Below are positions 9,332 through 18,400 of a stretch of DNA of 64,000 nt, piece after piece (position 1 is the first letter of the stretch; each line of letters starts with the position of its first letter). The stretch covers positions 832,001 through 896,000 of the forward strand of contig CAVPIW010000006.1 of the NCBI GenBank assembly GCA_963705105.1, in the 5' to 3' direction. This DNA is from an uncultured Nitrospiraceae bacterium. Lineage in GTDB: Bacteria > Nitrospirota > Thermodesulfovibrionia > Thermodesulfovibrionales > Dissulfurispiraceae. Under the pieces are notes generated by a model. The model worked only from the letters and a program-made list of their open reading frames with translations. It did no database searches and had not been told where the DNA came from. The position numbers and the translations under genes are program-made.

Positions 9332-10027
9332 ATGGCCGATCCTTTTGACGTCCTGATGGTGGCAGCCCATCCCGATGACATCGAATTCGGCATGGCCGGC
9401 ACTGTCGCGCGGTGGGTGCAGGAAGGGAAGAAAGTCGCATACCTCATCTGCACGAACGGTGAAAAGGGGACGTCCGACCGTTCCCTCACGCCGGAAGCCC
9501 TCGCAGTCATCAGGGAGCGGGAGCAAAGGGCTGCGGCGCAGGTCGTCGGCGTGACGGAGCTGCAGTTCCTGGGGCTGCGGGACCAGGAAGTGGAGGACAC
9601 GCCGGAATTCAGAAAGATGATCGTCCGCGCCATCCGGACCTGCCGGCCCCGGACCGTTGCGACGCTCGATCCCTACCGCCGCTACATCTGGCACCGCGAC
9701 CACCGCATCACCGGGCAGGTGACCCTCGACGCCGTCTTCCCCTATGCCCGGGACGTCCACGCCTATCCGGACCTGATCGCAGCGGGGCTTGAGCCGCACA
9801 AGGTGAAGGAGATGCTCTTCTGGGGCTCCGACGACATCAACTACGTGTCCGATATCACCGCGACTTTTAACCTCAAAGTCGCCGCCCTCCGGTGCCACGA
9901 GAGCCAGGTGAGGGAAATGGGCATGAAGGACCTCGAAAGCTGGCTTCGTGAATACTGCTGCTCCGTTGCACGCGATGAGGAGTTCGAGCTCGGCGAGGCT
10001 TTCCACCGGATCGACATCCGGAGGTAA
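9332..10027 (+). CDS. PIG-L family deacetylase (MshB/BshB/Mca-like)
   Basis: AHPDD and HRDH zinc motifs, TNGEKG, HESQ; AGGAGG RBS. Confidence 0.9.
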   Translation: MADPFDVLMVAAHPDDIEFGMAGTVARWVQEGKKVAYLICTNGEKGTSDRSLTPEALAVIREREQRAAAQVVGVTELQFLGLRDQEVEDTPEFRKMIVRAIRTCRPRTVATLDPYRRYIWHRDHRITGQVTLDAVFPYARDVHAYPDLIAAGLEPHKVKEMLFWGSDDINYVSDITATFNLKVAALRCHESQVREMGMKDLESWLREYCCSVARDEEFELGEAFHRIDIRR

Positions 10028-10049
10028 GACCCCCTGCGCCTTTGCTTCA

Positions 10050-10238
10050 GCAACTGCACACACGGGAAGACGGGGCGAAGCGCTCTGAAAAACAGTGACA
10101 GTGTGAGTGTCAGTGTCACTACCGCTGCCGTCGGTGCCTTTGTCATGCGGTTTCTGTCTTTGCCTGCTGTGTACTGTATTCTGTCTATTGTCTGCTGTTT
10201 GTAAGTGGCGCATGCGCCCCGCCTTTTTATGCAAGGTT
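10050..10238. repeat. Family 1 element carrying the hexamer arm and a degenerate 7-mer array
   Basis: GACGGGGCGAAGCGCTCTGAAAAACAGTG at left, GCCCCGCCTTTTTATGCAA at right; YTGTCTR-like 7-mers at ~10153-10201. Confidence 0.8.
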
Positions 10239-10339
10239 TCCCTTTCCCAAAAGAGAAGAATTTCTTCAAAAGAGCATGCCCATAGTCACGGGGACCGGAG
10301 AAAACCGCATCGGAACAGGATATCCCGCCTCTGAGGGTG

Positions 10340-10356
10340 CTGGCACGGTAAATGCT
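10340..10356 (+). promoter_or_regulatory. Candidate sigma54 (-24/-12) promoter
   Basis: CTGGCAC-GGTAA-ATGCT, one mismatch to TGGCAC-N5-TTGCW, ~60 nt upstream of the 10415 start. Confidence 0.55.
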
Positions 10357-10414
10357 AAAACCTGTCATAAGAGCGCCGGCTCAAGACAAGAAAAACAGTG
10401 AAGGAGGCAGTACC

Positions 10415-10732
10415 ATGAAAAAGTCGATCATCACAATTGCCGTCCTGTTCTTCAGTTTTTTCATAGCCACATCGGGAGAAGCCTATGACTGGTGGGCCTA
10501 CAGCCCCGACGGCATCCAGGACGTGCAGAACATCGACGCCTTTAACTATGACGGGCTGAATCACGTGAAGATCACCTGGAACAACCTCGACGACACGGCC
10601 TTTGCCACGGTCATGGATCCCGACGGCATCCCGATTATCTACTACTACGCCTATTTTTACCCTACCTTCTCAGAGATCTGGTATTCAACGAACGGCATCG
10701 ACTGGGATTTTCTCGAGAGCTACGGGCAATAA
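10415..10732 (+). CDS. Small secreted hypothetical protein rich in Tyr/Trp/Asp
   Basis: AGGAGG RBS, MKK plus hydrophobic signal peptide ending GEA, followed by a terminator. Confidence 0.75.
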   Translation: MKKSIITIAVLFFSFFIATSGEAYDWWAYSPDGIQDVQNIDAFNYDGLNHVKITWNNLDDTAFATVMDPDGIPIIYYYAYFYPTFSEIWYSTNGIDWDFLESYGQ

Positions 10733-10762
10733 ACAACCTGCGCACCGCACGTACCTCCCGGC

Positions 10763-10793
10763 CCCCCGCGGCGACCCCGCGGGGGTTCTTATT
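10763..10793 (+). terminator. Intrinsic terminator
   Basis: CCCCCGCGG..CCGCGGGGG stem followed by TTCTTATTT. Confidence 0.7.
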
Positions 10794-10820
10794 TCAGCAC
10801 TGATCCGCATCTTGATCGAC

Positions 10821-10837
10821 ATATACTTTTAGTATAT
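10821..10837. promoter_or_regulatory. Palindromic operator of vapBC
   Basis: ATATAC-TTTTA-GTATAT over the promoter region just upstream of vapB. Confidence 0.55.
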
Positions 10838-10858
10838 ACTGAAGGCAGGAGGTATCCC

Positions 10859-11086
10859 ATGAAAACGGCCAAGTTGTTCCGGAACGGCAAGAGCCAGGCG
10901 GTTCGCCTGCCAAAGGAATTCCGTTTCGATGATGATCATGTGTACGTTAAGAAATCGGGGAATGTCGTTGTCCTTATTCCGGTGCACGATTCGTGGCAGT
11001 CACTGGTCGACAGTCTCGACAAGTTCACCGACGATTTCATGAGTGACCGGGAGCAGCCGAAGCCCCAGGTCCGGGATTCTTTGTGA
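10859..11086 (+). CDS. vapB: VapB antitoxin (AbrB-type)
   Basis: MKTAKLFRNGKSQAVRLPKEFRF. Confidence 0.93.
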   Translation: MKTAKLFRNGKSQAVRLPKEFRFDDDHVYVKKSGNVVVLIPVHDSWQSLVDSLDKFTDDFMSDREQPKPQVRDSL

Positions 11087-11487
11087 TGAAATATATGCTC
11101 GATACGAATATCTGCATCTACCTCATCAAAAAGAAACCCCCGACGGCGCTGAAACACTTCCAGTCCCATGTCGTCGGAGAAATCGGCATGTCTTCCGTCA
11201 CGCTCGCCGAACTCCGGTACGGGGTTGCAAAGAGCGGGCAGCCCGAGAAAAACGGGCAGGCCCTCGATGAATTCATCCTTCCCCTTGAAATTGCAGCCTT
11301 CGACGAGAAGGGCGCTGAAAGTTACGGAAAGGTGAGGGCATCACTCGAAAAAGAGGGGAAGCCTGTCGGGTCCATGGACATGCTGATCGGTGCTCACGCC
11401 CTGAGCCTCGGCGTCACACTGGTCACGAACAATACACGGGAATTCAGGCGGATTAAAAACTTGAAGGTTGCCGATTGGAGTGTGTGA
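11083..11487 (+). CDS. vapC: VapC PIN-domain toxin
   Basis: YMLDTNICIY, AELRYG, DMLIGAHA, LVTNNTREF; overlaps vapB stop. Confidence 0.93.
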   Translation: MMKYMLDTNICIYLIKKKPPTALKHFQSHVVGEIGMSSVTLAELRYGVAKSGQPEKNGQALDEFILPLEIAAFDEKGAESYGKVRASLEKEGKPVGSMDMLIGAHALSLGVTLVTNNTREFRRIKNLKVADWSV

Positions 11488-11500
11488 TAATACATGCGTA

Positions 11501-13777
11501 ATGACAGAACCAATTCGTGAATTCATCGATACCCTGCTGAAGGACCGGTCCATCGGCCCGTCCATAGGTGCCTGCAGATACGTCCCTCCCGAAAGCGCGA
11601 CGTTCAGGGACATCGGCATGAACGAAAAGATAGGGGAAGCCCTCGCGTCGCGGGGCATAGGGCGGCTTTACAGCCATCAGGCCGATGCCGTCGATCTCAT
11701 CAGGGCGGGGCACAACGCCGTCGTCATGACGCCCACGGCAAGCGGAAAGAGTCTCATTTACAACATCCCCGTCATCGAGGCGATCATGGAGAACCCCGAA
11801 ACGAGGGCACTGTATGTCTTTCCGCTCAAGGGCCTGGAGCAGGACCAGGTCCGGCATCTCAACAGCCTCCTCACCGACTGCCTCGGCCCGGCAGAGATCC
11901 TCAAACGGGGCATGTCCCTGGAGCGGGCGGAGGTGTATGACGGAGACACAACCCCGCACAGGAGAAGAAAGATCAGGGAAAACATGCCGAACGTCATCTT
12001 TACGAACCCCGACATGATCCACCTCGCCCTGAACGCCTTCCACGGCAAGTGGGAGCATTTTTTCAGCAACCTGCGCTTCGTCGTCATCGATGAGATCCAC
12101 ACATACCGCGGCGTCTTCGGCTCCAATGTCTGCCATGTCCTGCGCAGGCTCAGGAGGATCTGCCGGTATTGGGGGAGCTCACCGCAGTTCATCGCCTGCT
12201 CGGCCACGATTGCGAACCCGGGAGAACTGGCCGAAACCCTCACGGGCCTTCCCTTCAAGGTCATCGACAGGGCGGGATCGCCCCGGTCGGGACGGCATTT
12301 CCTCTTTGTCTCGCCGTCGGACAGCGCATACACTGAGGCGACACGGATCTTCCTGTCCGCCATGAAGCGGGGGTTCCGGACGATTCTCTTCACGAAGGCC
12401 CGGAAGATTACCGAGCTGATCTACCGCTGGAGCATCCAGCGCGAGCCGTCTCTTGCAGGCAGGATCAGCCCCTACCGGGCAGGCTTCCTGCCGGAGGAGC
12501 GGAGGGAGATCGAGAGGCGCCTCTTCAGCGGCGATCTCCTCGGCGTCATCTCGACCAGCGCGCTGGAACTCGGCGTCGATATCGGCGGACTCGACGTCTG
12601 CATCCTCTGCGGGTACCCGGGCTCGGTCTCGAGCACGTGGCAGCGGTCGGGCCGTGTCGGCAGGCGCGGCCGGGAGTCCCTCGTCGCCCTGATCGGCCTG
12701 AAGGACGCCCTCGATGCCTATTTCGTCACCCATCCCGACGAACTCCTCAGAAGGGATCATGAGGCGTCGGTCTGCGATCCGGAAAACAGAAGAATCCTCA
12801 GGAAACACCTTATTTGCGCCGCTGATGAAATTCCCCTGGCTCCGGACGATCCTGTCTACGGCGGCGCATCCGTTAACGAGATAGCCCGTGAGCTCGTTGC
12901 TGAGGGACGCCTGCGACAGGGCAAAGGAGGGACCGCCCTGTACTCGCGGGAGCGCCGGCCCCAGCGGGGCACGGAGATCCGGGGCATCGGCCGTCCCCTG
13001 GTCATGCTGGACGAGCAGGGCAGGCAGATCGGGAGCCTCGACGGACGACGGATCTACCGGGAGGCCTTTCCCGGCGCCATCTACCTGCACAGGGGGAAAG
13101 AGTACGAGGTAATCAAACTCGACCTTGCTGCATGGGAAGCCCGGTGCCGGCAGGTTGACGCAGCCTATTACACCCAGGCGCTTTCGAACGAGCACGTCGA
13201 GATTACGGGGGAGCCTGTTCCTTCCGGTTCACTCCACCGGGGAAACGTGAAAATCTCACGGGGAACGCTCAGGATCACATACAGGGTCATCGGGTTCGAC
13301 AGGAAGCACCTTTTCCAGGGAAACCGCGTCTCGACCCACACCGTCGAGATGCCCGAGTATATTTTCGATACCGAGGGCATCTGGATGGTCATCCCGAAAA
13401 GCTTCATCAATGCCATCGTGAAAGCGGGGCATGACCTGACAGGGACCCTCCATGCGGCAGAGCACGTCATGATCAGCTGCATACCCCTCTTCGCCCTCTG
13501 TGACAAGGGGGACATCGGCGGCATGAGCTATCCCCTCCACCCGGGCTTTGCCTGCCCGGCCATCTTCATGTACGACGGATATGAGGGCGGCATCGGTTTG
13601 ACACGGCGGGTGCTCGGCGTCCTGAGGGAATGGATTCAGTCGTCCGTCGGCGTGATCGAGGGCTGCAAATGCGAGGAAGGCTGTCCCTCCTGCGTCCAGG
13701 ACCCGCAGTGCGGGTCCGGCAACAGGCCCCTCGACAAGCAGGGGGCGCTGCTCTTCCTCAGGCGGCTGCTGGAGTAA
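11501..13777 (+). CDS. DEAH helicase with C-terminal DUF1998 (MrfA/YprA/Hrq1 family)
   Basis: TPTASGKS, DEIH, SAT, ALELGVDIG, QRSGRVGR, CKCEEGCPSC. Confidence 0.92.
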   Translation: MTEPIREFIDTLLKDRSIGPSIGACRYVPPESATFRDIGMNEKIGEALASRGIGRLYSHQADAVDLIRAGHNAVVMTPTASGKSLIYNIPVIEAIMENPETRALYVFPLKGLEQDQVRHLNSLLTDCLGPAEILKRGMSLERAEVYDGDTTPHRRRKIRENMPNVIFTNPDMIHLALNAFHGKWEHFFSNLRFVVIDEIHTYRGVFGSNVCHVLRRLRRICRYWGSSPQFIACSATIANPGELAETLTGLPFKVIDRAGSPRSGRHFLFVSPSDSAYTEATRIFLSAMKRGFRTILFTKARKITELIYRWSIQREPSLAGRISPYRAGFLPEERREIERRLFSGDLLGVISTSALELGVDIGGLDVCILCGYPGSVSSTWQRSGRVGRRGRESLVALIGLKDALDAYFVTHPDELLRRDHEASVCDPENRRILRKHLICAADEIPLAPDDPVYGGASVNEIARELVAEGRLRQGKGGTALYSRERRPQRGTEIRGIGRPLVMLDEQGRQIGSLDGRRIYREAFPGAIYLHRGKEYEVIKLDLAAWEARCRQVDAAYYTQALSNEHVEITGEPVPSGSLHRGNVKISRGTLRITYRVIGFDRKHLFQGNRVSTHTVEMPEYIFDTEGIWMVIPKSFINAIVKAGHDLTGTLHAAEHVMISCIPLFALCDKGDIGGMSYPLHPGFACPAIFMYDGYEGGIGLTRRVLGVLREWIQSSVGVIEGCKCEEGCPSCVQDPQCGSGNRPLDKQGALLFLRRLLE

Positions 13778-13977
13778 CCTTATCGCTGCAATGCACTCGC
13801 AGGAAAGGCGGGGTGTATGCGCCGAAAACCTTGCTGCGGCGACACCTGTATCACAACGAAAGACGAACTTTACGCCAATGTCAGGAGAATTGGACATCTC
13901 TTCCGACACTGACACTCACACTCACACTGACACTGTTTTCAGAGTGCTTCGCCCCGCCTTTCTATACAACGACAAGG
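13778..13977 (+). repeat. Family 1 element (arms LA+RB)
   Basis: Near-identical to 44903-45096 and 52952-53151; begins directly after the helicase stop codon. Confidence 0.92.
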
Positions 13978-13982
13978 GTGTT

Positions 13983-15038
13983 TTATGCAATTCTTTCGTT
14001 CGACATGAGGAAATGGAAATAGTCCTGGACGAACTTGCCGGACACGACATGGGACAGGGGGAAGATAAGACGCTTATCCCCGAGAAAGGATGAGTTGAGG
14101 GCGAAAAATATTTCCTGGGACATCCGGGAGAGATGCTCATCGATGACCGCAGGGAGTTCCGGGGCCGGAACCGCACGCAGGGGGATATCACCGGGGAGAC
14201 CGTCGAAACGACAGAGGAGCGGCCGGAAGGGGAAGACGATGCATATATTTTCTGAGCAGAGAGGACAGGAGTAGCCGGAGTCAGCGCCGCCCGGTTCTGC
14301 CTGCACCTTTAAATATCTCGATGCGGCGGCCGCCCTTTCGATGATGCCCGTCCGCTCCTCCTGCTTCACCTTCTTGTTTATGGAGTGGCTGAGGTAGGCC
14401 GCTTCGATGAAATGCAGATTCACCGGCCTGTGGCACCCGGGCGCCCCTTCACATCCGATCCTCCGCTCCTGTTCGGACCTGCCCCCGTCATCCTTCGACG
14501 ACTCCACCCCGGCGAAGAGCTGTTCGTATTCCGCGAAAAACGGGGCGAGGTCGACGACATTCTTCCATTCCAGGGACGGCTCGCGGATCGTGAGCATCCG
14601 TTCCTTCTTGTTCATCTTGCGCAGGAGCCGCCACTGAAAGAAGGACGTGGGCTTTGCATCGATCGATTTGAGCTGTTTCTCTGCGAGCTTCAGACCGAAA
14701 CCCTTCCTGAGCAGATAGCTCGTGACGAAGGTCCCTGTTCTGCCGATGCCGTGCCGGCAGTGCACGAGGACCTTCTTGCCCAGGTAGATCGCTTCGTCGA
14801 GCCATGCGAGGCCCCGCTCCAGCTCCTCCAGGTCAGGGGCCCTGTCGTCCATGATCGGCAGGTAGCAGACATCAAAGCCGCTCTGCGATTCGATGTCGTG
14901 GAGGTCGCAGTACTCCCCGCAGAGGTTGACGATCGCATCGATGCCCTGAGAACGAATGACATCGAGATCGTCGAATGACATCGGCGCGTATCCGACGGCC
15001 AGTTGATCCGTTATCCAGGTAACCCTGTATTCACCCAT
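13983..15038 (-). CDS. Dual-specificity protein phosphatase fused to a YkgJ-like Cys-cluster domain
   Basis: HCRHGIGRTG CX5R motif; C-terminal C..G..GC and CPLC...CIVFPFRPLLCR. Confidence 0.85.
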   Translation of the reverse strand: MGEYRVTWITDQLAVGYAPMSFDDLDVIRSQGIDAIVNLCGEYCDLHDIESQSGFDVCYLPIMDDRAPDLEELERGLAWLDEAIYLGKKVLVHCRHGIGRTGTFVTSYLLRKGFGLKLAEKQLKSIDAKPTSFFQWRLLRKMNKKERMLTIREPSLEWKNVVDLAPFFAEYEQLFAGVESSKDDGGRSEQERRIGCEGAPGCHRPVNLHFIEAAYLSHSINKKVKQEERTGIIERAAAASRYLKVQAEPGGADSGYSCPLCSENICIVFPFRPLLCRFDGLPGDIPLRAVPAPELPAVIDEHLSRMSQEIFFALNSSFLGDKRLIFPLSHVVSGKFVQDYFHFLMSNERIA

Positions 15039-15053
15039 ATCACATCAACCCGT

Positions 15054-15410
15054 TCATCCCACAAGCGCCCTCACCTTCTCCTCAAGCTCCTCTTTCTCGA
15101 TCGGCTTGACGCAGTAGTCGCTCGCCCCCAGTTGCACGGCCTGGCGGGCCGTTTCGAGGGTCGGGTAGCCCGTCAGCATCACGACCTTGAGCTGCGGGTT
15201 CGCCTTTTTCAGCTCTTCGAGCACCTCGATGCCGCTCAGTTTCTTCAGCTTGATATCGAGGATCGCCAGGTCGACAGGGTTGCTCGTCGCGAACCGGACA
15301 GCCTCCTCCTCATCGGTGAAGCCGGCCACATCATGGCCCTTTTTCATGAGGATCTTCCGGATCAGCACCACTGCGTCTTCCACATCGTCCAGGACGAGGA
15401 TCTTTGCCAT
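15054..15410 (-). CDS. Single-domain response regulator
   Basis: ILVLDD, ILDIKL, LTG, KP; no output domain. Confidence 0.92.
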   Translation of the reverse strand: MAKILVLDDVEDAVVLIRKILMKKGHDVAGFTDEEEAVRFATSNPVDLAILDIKLKKLSGIEVLEELKKANPQLKVVMLTGYPTLETARQAVQLGASDYCVKPIEKEELEEKVRALVG

Positions 15411-15427
15411 AGGATGGATGTTCCTCC

Positions 15428-17455
15428 TCAGTTTTCCTTCAATGCGGGAAGACGTACGACAAAGACCGTCCCCCCGGCCTGTTCACCCTGATCCATGACC
15501 GGGCTCCTGAAATCGATGCTCCCGCCGTGGTCTTTCACGATGCCGAAGGTGACCGAAAGGCCGAGGCCCGTCCCCCTGCCGACGCCCTTGGTCGTAAAGA
15601 AGGGGTCGAAAATACGGTCCCTGATGCCGGCGGGGATCCCTTTGCCCGTATCGGTCACCGATATGACCACCTCTCCTGTTGCGGGATCGGTACCGGTTGT
15701 GACCGTGATCCGGCCGTCGCTGCCGATGGCGTCACGGGCGTTGTTGAGGAGATTCATGAAGACCTGTCCCAGCTTCTCCTCGTCACCGTGCACCAGGGGG
15801 ATGCCTTCACCCAAATGCCGTTCGATGACGACATGATCGAGCCGGAAGGTGTGGTCGACGACTCCTATGACCTGGCTGACGATCCCGTTGATGTCCACAG
15901 GTTTCTTGATGCTTTCGCTCTGACGGGAGAAACGGAGCAGGTCGGCGACGATCGTTTTACTCACCCGTGCATACTTCTCGATGTTCCTGAGGTTGTCATA
16001 TGATTCAGTGCCGGGCTGCACGTCCTCGAGGAGGAGCTGGGCATAGCCGAGGATGATGCCGAGGGGCGTGTTGATCTCATGGGCCACGCCGGCTGCCAGC
16101 TGGCCGATGGACTCGAGACGCTGGGAATGGATGACGCGGTCCTCCAGCTCCTTTATCTCCGTGATGTCCCTGCTCGATCCGAGGATCCCCATCACCTCTC
16201 CCTGGGGATCGAAGACAGCCGTCTTGATCACGTCGAACCAGCGCGTCCCCGAACCTCCGTCGTGCCATGCCACCTCTTTCCTCATGCGAATCGTGCCCCG
16301 CGTCGAGACGACTTCGAGATCCTCCCCCCGTGATTCCTCAGCCTGGCCGGCGGGGAAAATATCGTCGTCCCTTTTCCCGAGGATCTCCCCCTCGTCCTTT
16401 CCGACGAAACGGCAGAAGGCCTTGTTCACGGCCTGGTACCGGAAGGACCGGTCCTTCAAGGATACCATATCGGGCGTCACGTCGAGGATCGTCTGGAAAA
16501 GCTGTTTCTGATTGCTGAGACTCTCCTCGGTCCGCTTCAGCTCGGCGAGGCGTTCCTTGAGGGTGAGGGCCATGACGTCGAAGAATTCCGCGAGGTGCTG
16601 CACCTCATCGCCCGCATTCGATTTGTACACATCGCACATTCTGCACTTGTCGATCTTCATGTCGTATTTTCCGCCGGCGCAGGAAGGACAGAGCGTCCCG
16701 ACGAGATACCAGCACCGGTGGTCGTCATTTCCATAGGCGGGGCACTCCGTCTTGTCACAGTGCATCATGTCATAGCAGGTTTTTTTCAGGGGAAGAGACG
16801 TGTGGATGTCGAGATTGCCTTTGATGATCTCCTCCGCGGCATGATGGAGCTGCTGTATCCTGCTCGTGACCGTCTGCGCCAGGAAGGTACTCACGAGGCC
16901 GACGATGAGAACACCGATGACGATCGACCCGACGATCGTCCAGACAAGGCCGGCGACGACGGCGTGGACGCGGGTCAGTGACATCCCGATCCGTGCCGTT
17001 CCGATGCGCGTTTTGCCGATATAAACCGGTGCGGCGATATCGTAGATTTCTTCCGGGCCCGTCGTAATGAGCCTGATGCTGTGGTTTTCCCCGTCACCGA
17101 CAGTGTTGACGCCCAGTAGTTCCGAGGGAAATCCGCCGCTGAAGGTGTGGACGACGGGGTTCCCTCTCTCGTCGAGGAGGAAGGTATAGGAGGTGTCCCT
17201 GTTCGTCTGCACGACCTCATCGACGAGGTTTTTCATGACGAGGAAGTCCATCGTCAGCATCGGTTCGTTCGCCCTGGCGGCGAGGTTGACGGCGCTCGAA
17301 ACGCCCCTCACCTTGTTCTCGGAGACGAGGGCCTGTGAGACGTGGCGGCTGATGACGACAATCAGGCTGATGCCGAGGATGAGAAGGATCGACACGATAC
17401 TGAGGGAGATCTTCGTCCTGAAGCCGAACCTGCGGAAACGCTCCCGTATGTTCAC
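15428..17455 (-). CDS. Membrane sensor histidine kinase (HAMP with 8-Cys insert, PAS, HisKA, HATPase)
   Basis: Two TM segments, AHEINTPL H-box, NARDA, DTGKG, FFTTK, GTGLGLS. Confidence 0.92.
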   Translation of the reverse strand: MNIRERFRRFGFRTKISLSIVSILLILGISLIVVISRHVSQALVSENKVRGVSSAVNLAARANEPMLTMDFLVMKNLVDEVVQTNRDTSYTFLLDERGNPVVHTFSGGFPSELLGVNTVGDGENHSIRLITTGPEEIYDIAAPVYIGKTRIGTARIGMSLTRVHAVVAGLVWTIVGSIVIGVLIVGLVSTFLAQTVTSRIQQLHHAAEEIIKGNLDIHTSLPLKKTCYDMMHCDKTECPAYGNDDHRCWYLVGTLCPSCAGGKYDMKIDKCRMCDVYKSNAGDEVQHLAEFFDVMALTLKERLAELKRTEESLSNQKQLFQTILDVTPDMVSLKDRSFRYQAVNKAFCRFVGKDEGEILGKRDDDIFPAGQAEESRGEDLEVVSTRGTIRMRKEVAWHDGGSGTRWFDVIKTAVFDPQGEVMGILGSSRDITEIKELEDRVIHSQRLESIGQLAAGVAHEINTPLGIILGYAQLLLEDVQPGTESYDNLRNIEKYARVSKTIVADLLRFSRQSESIKKPVDINGIVSQVIGVVDHTFRLDHVVIERHLGEGIPLVHGDEEKLGQVFMNLLNNARDAIGSDGRITVTTGTDPATGEVVISVTDTGKGIPAGIRDRIFDPFFTTKGVGRGTGLGLSVTFGIVKDHGGSIDFRSPVMDQGEQAGGTVFVVRLPALKEN

Positions 17456-17464
17456 ACCGATGTC

Positions 17465-18391
17465 CTAACCTCCCTGATCGATCCCCACCTTCTTCAGGAG
17501 ATCGCGGATGGAGTCGAACTCGCCGTCATGAGAGGGGATGACGGCATTGAACTTTGCTGCGTCGAAAATTCTGCGGTGATCGGTGTTGTTCCGGTCGAGC
17601 TTTAACAAAGCCGTCTTGATCTTTTCGACCACCTTGGGGTCGAGGTCCTTGCGGGCTGCGTAGACCCATCCCGGATACCACCGGGTATGGGCGATGACCC
17701 TGATCTGCTCCACATCGATCTTGTCGGCGACGACGGCCAGCGTTCCCTCGCGCACTGAGCCGATATCGTATTTCCCCGCATACACGGACAGGACGACCTT
17801 TTCCGATTTTCCTCCCGGGCCCTGCGCAAAGGCGATCTCGGCGAAGTCCTCCTTCCGGAGACCATGGTCGTAGAAATGTCCGAGGGCGAACATGTATCCC
17901 CCCGCCGATGCAGGATCGACGGCAATCCACCGCTTTCCCCTGCAATCTTCGATGATCCTGATCTCCCGATTGTCCTTGCGGCAGATGATCTGGCCCCTGA
18001 ACTCGGCCTTGCCGTCCGGTTCGACGGTCCGAGCAAAGGCCCGCGCTCCGGAGCGCTGGGCCATTCTTACATACGCGACGGGATTCGAAAAGGATATGTC
18101 GATCTTTCCCTGCCCGACCAGCCTCATGTGTTCATCAAACGTGTCGGGAAAGACCTGCTCGACGGGAAGGCCCGTCTCTTTCTTCAGATATTCGATGAGC
18201 GGGTGGTGACGCTCGAATGAGGTTCTGTGGGCATACTGGGGAAGATAGGCATACGTGATGACATTCTCCTCTTTTCTCACGGCGATGTCGCTCCGTTTCG
18301 AGAGGTCAACGGGAACCGGCGCTTCCTCCCTCGTGCAGGAAAGAAAGAGCAGACATGAGATCACAACGGCAAGGATTCTAACGACCATCAT
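17465..18391 (-). CDS. Phosphate/phosphite/phosphonate-binding (PhnD-like) lipoprotein
   Basis: LLFLSC lipobox, DPASAGGY, DGEFDSIR. Confidence 0.85.
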   Translation of the reverse strand: MMVVRILAVVISCLLFLSCTREEAPVPVDLSKRSDIAVRKEENVITYAYLPQYAHRTSFERHHPLIEYLKKETGLPVEQVFPDTFDEHMRLVGQGKIDISFSNPVAYVRMAQRSGARAFARTVEPDGKAEFRGQIICRKDNREIRIIEDCRGKRWIAVDPASAGGYMFALGHFYDHGLRKEDFAEIAFAQGPGGKSEKVVLSVYAGKYDIGSVREGTLAVVADKIDVEQIRVIAHTRWYPGWVYAARKDLDPKVVEKIKTALLKLDRNNTDHRRIFDAAKFNAVIPSHDGEFDSIRDLLKKVGIDQGG

Positions 18392-18400
18392 CGGCCGCCC

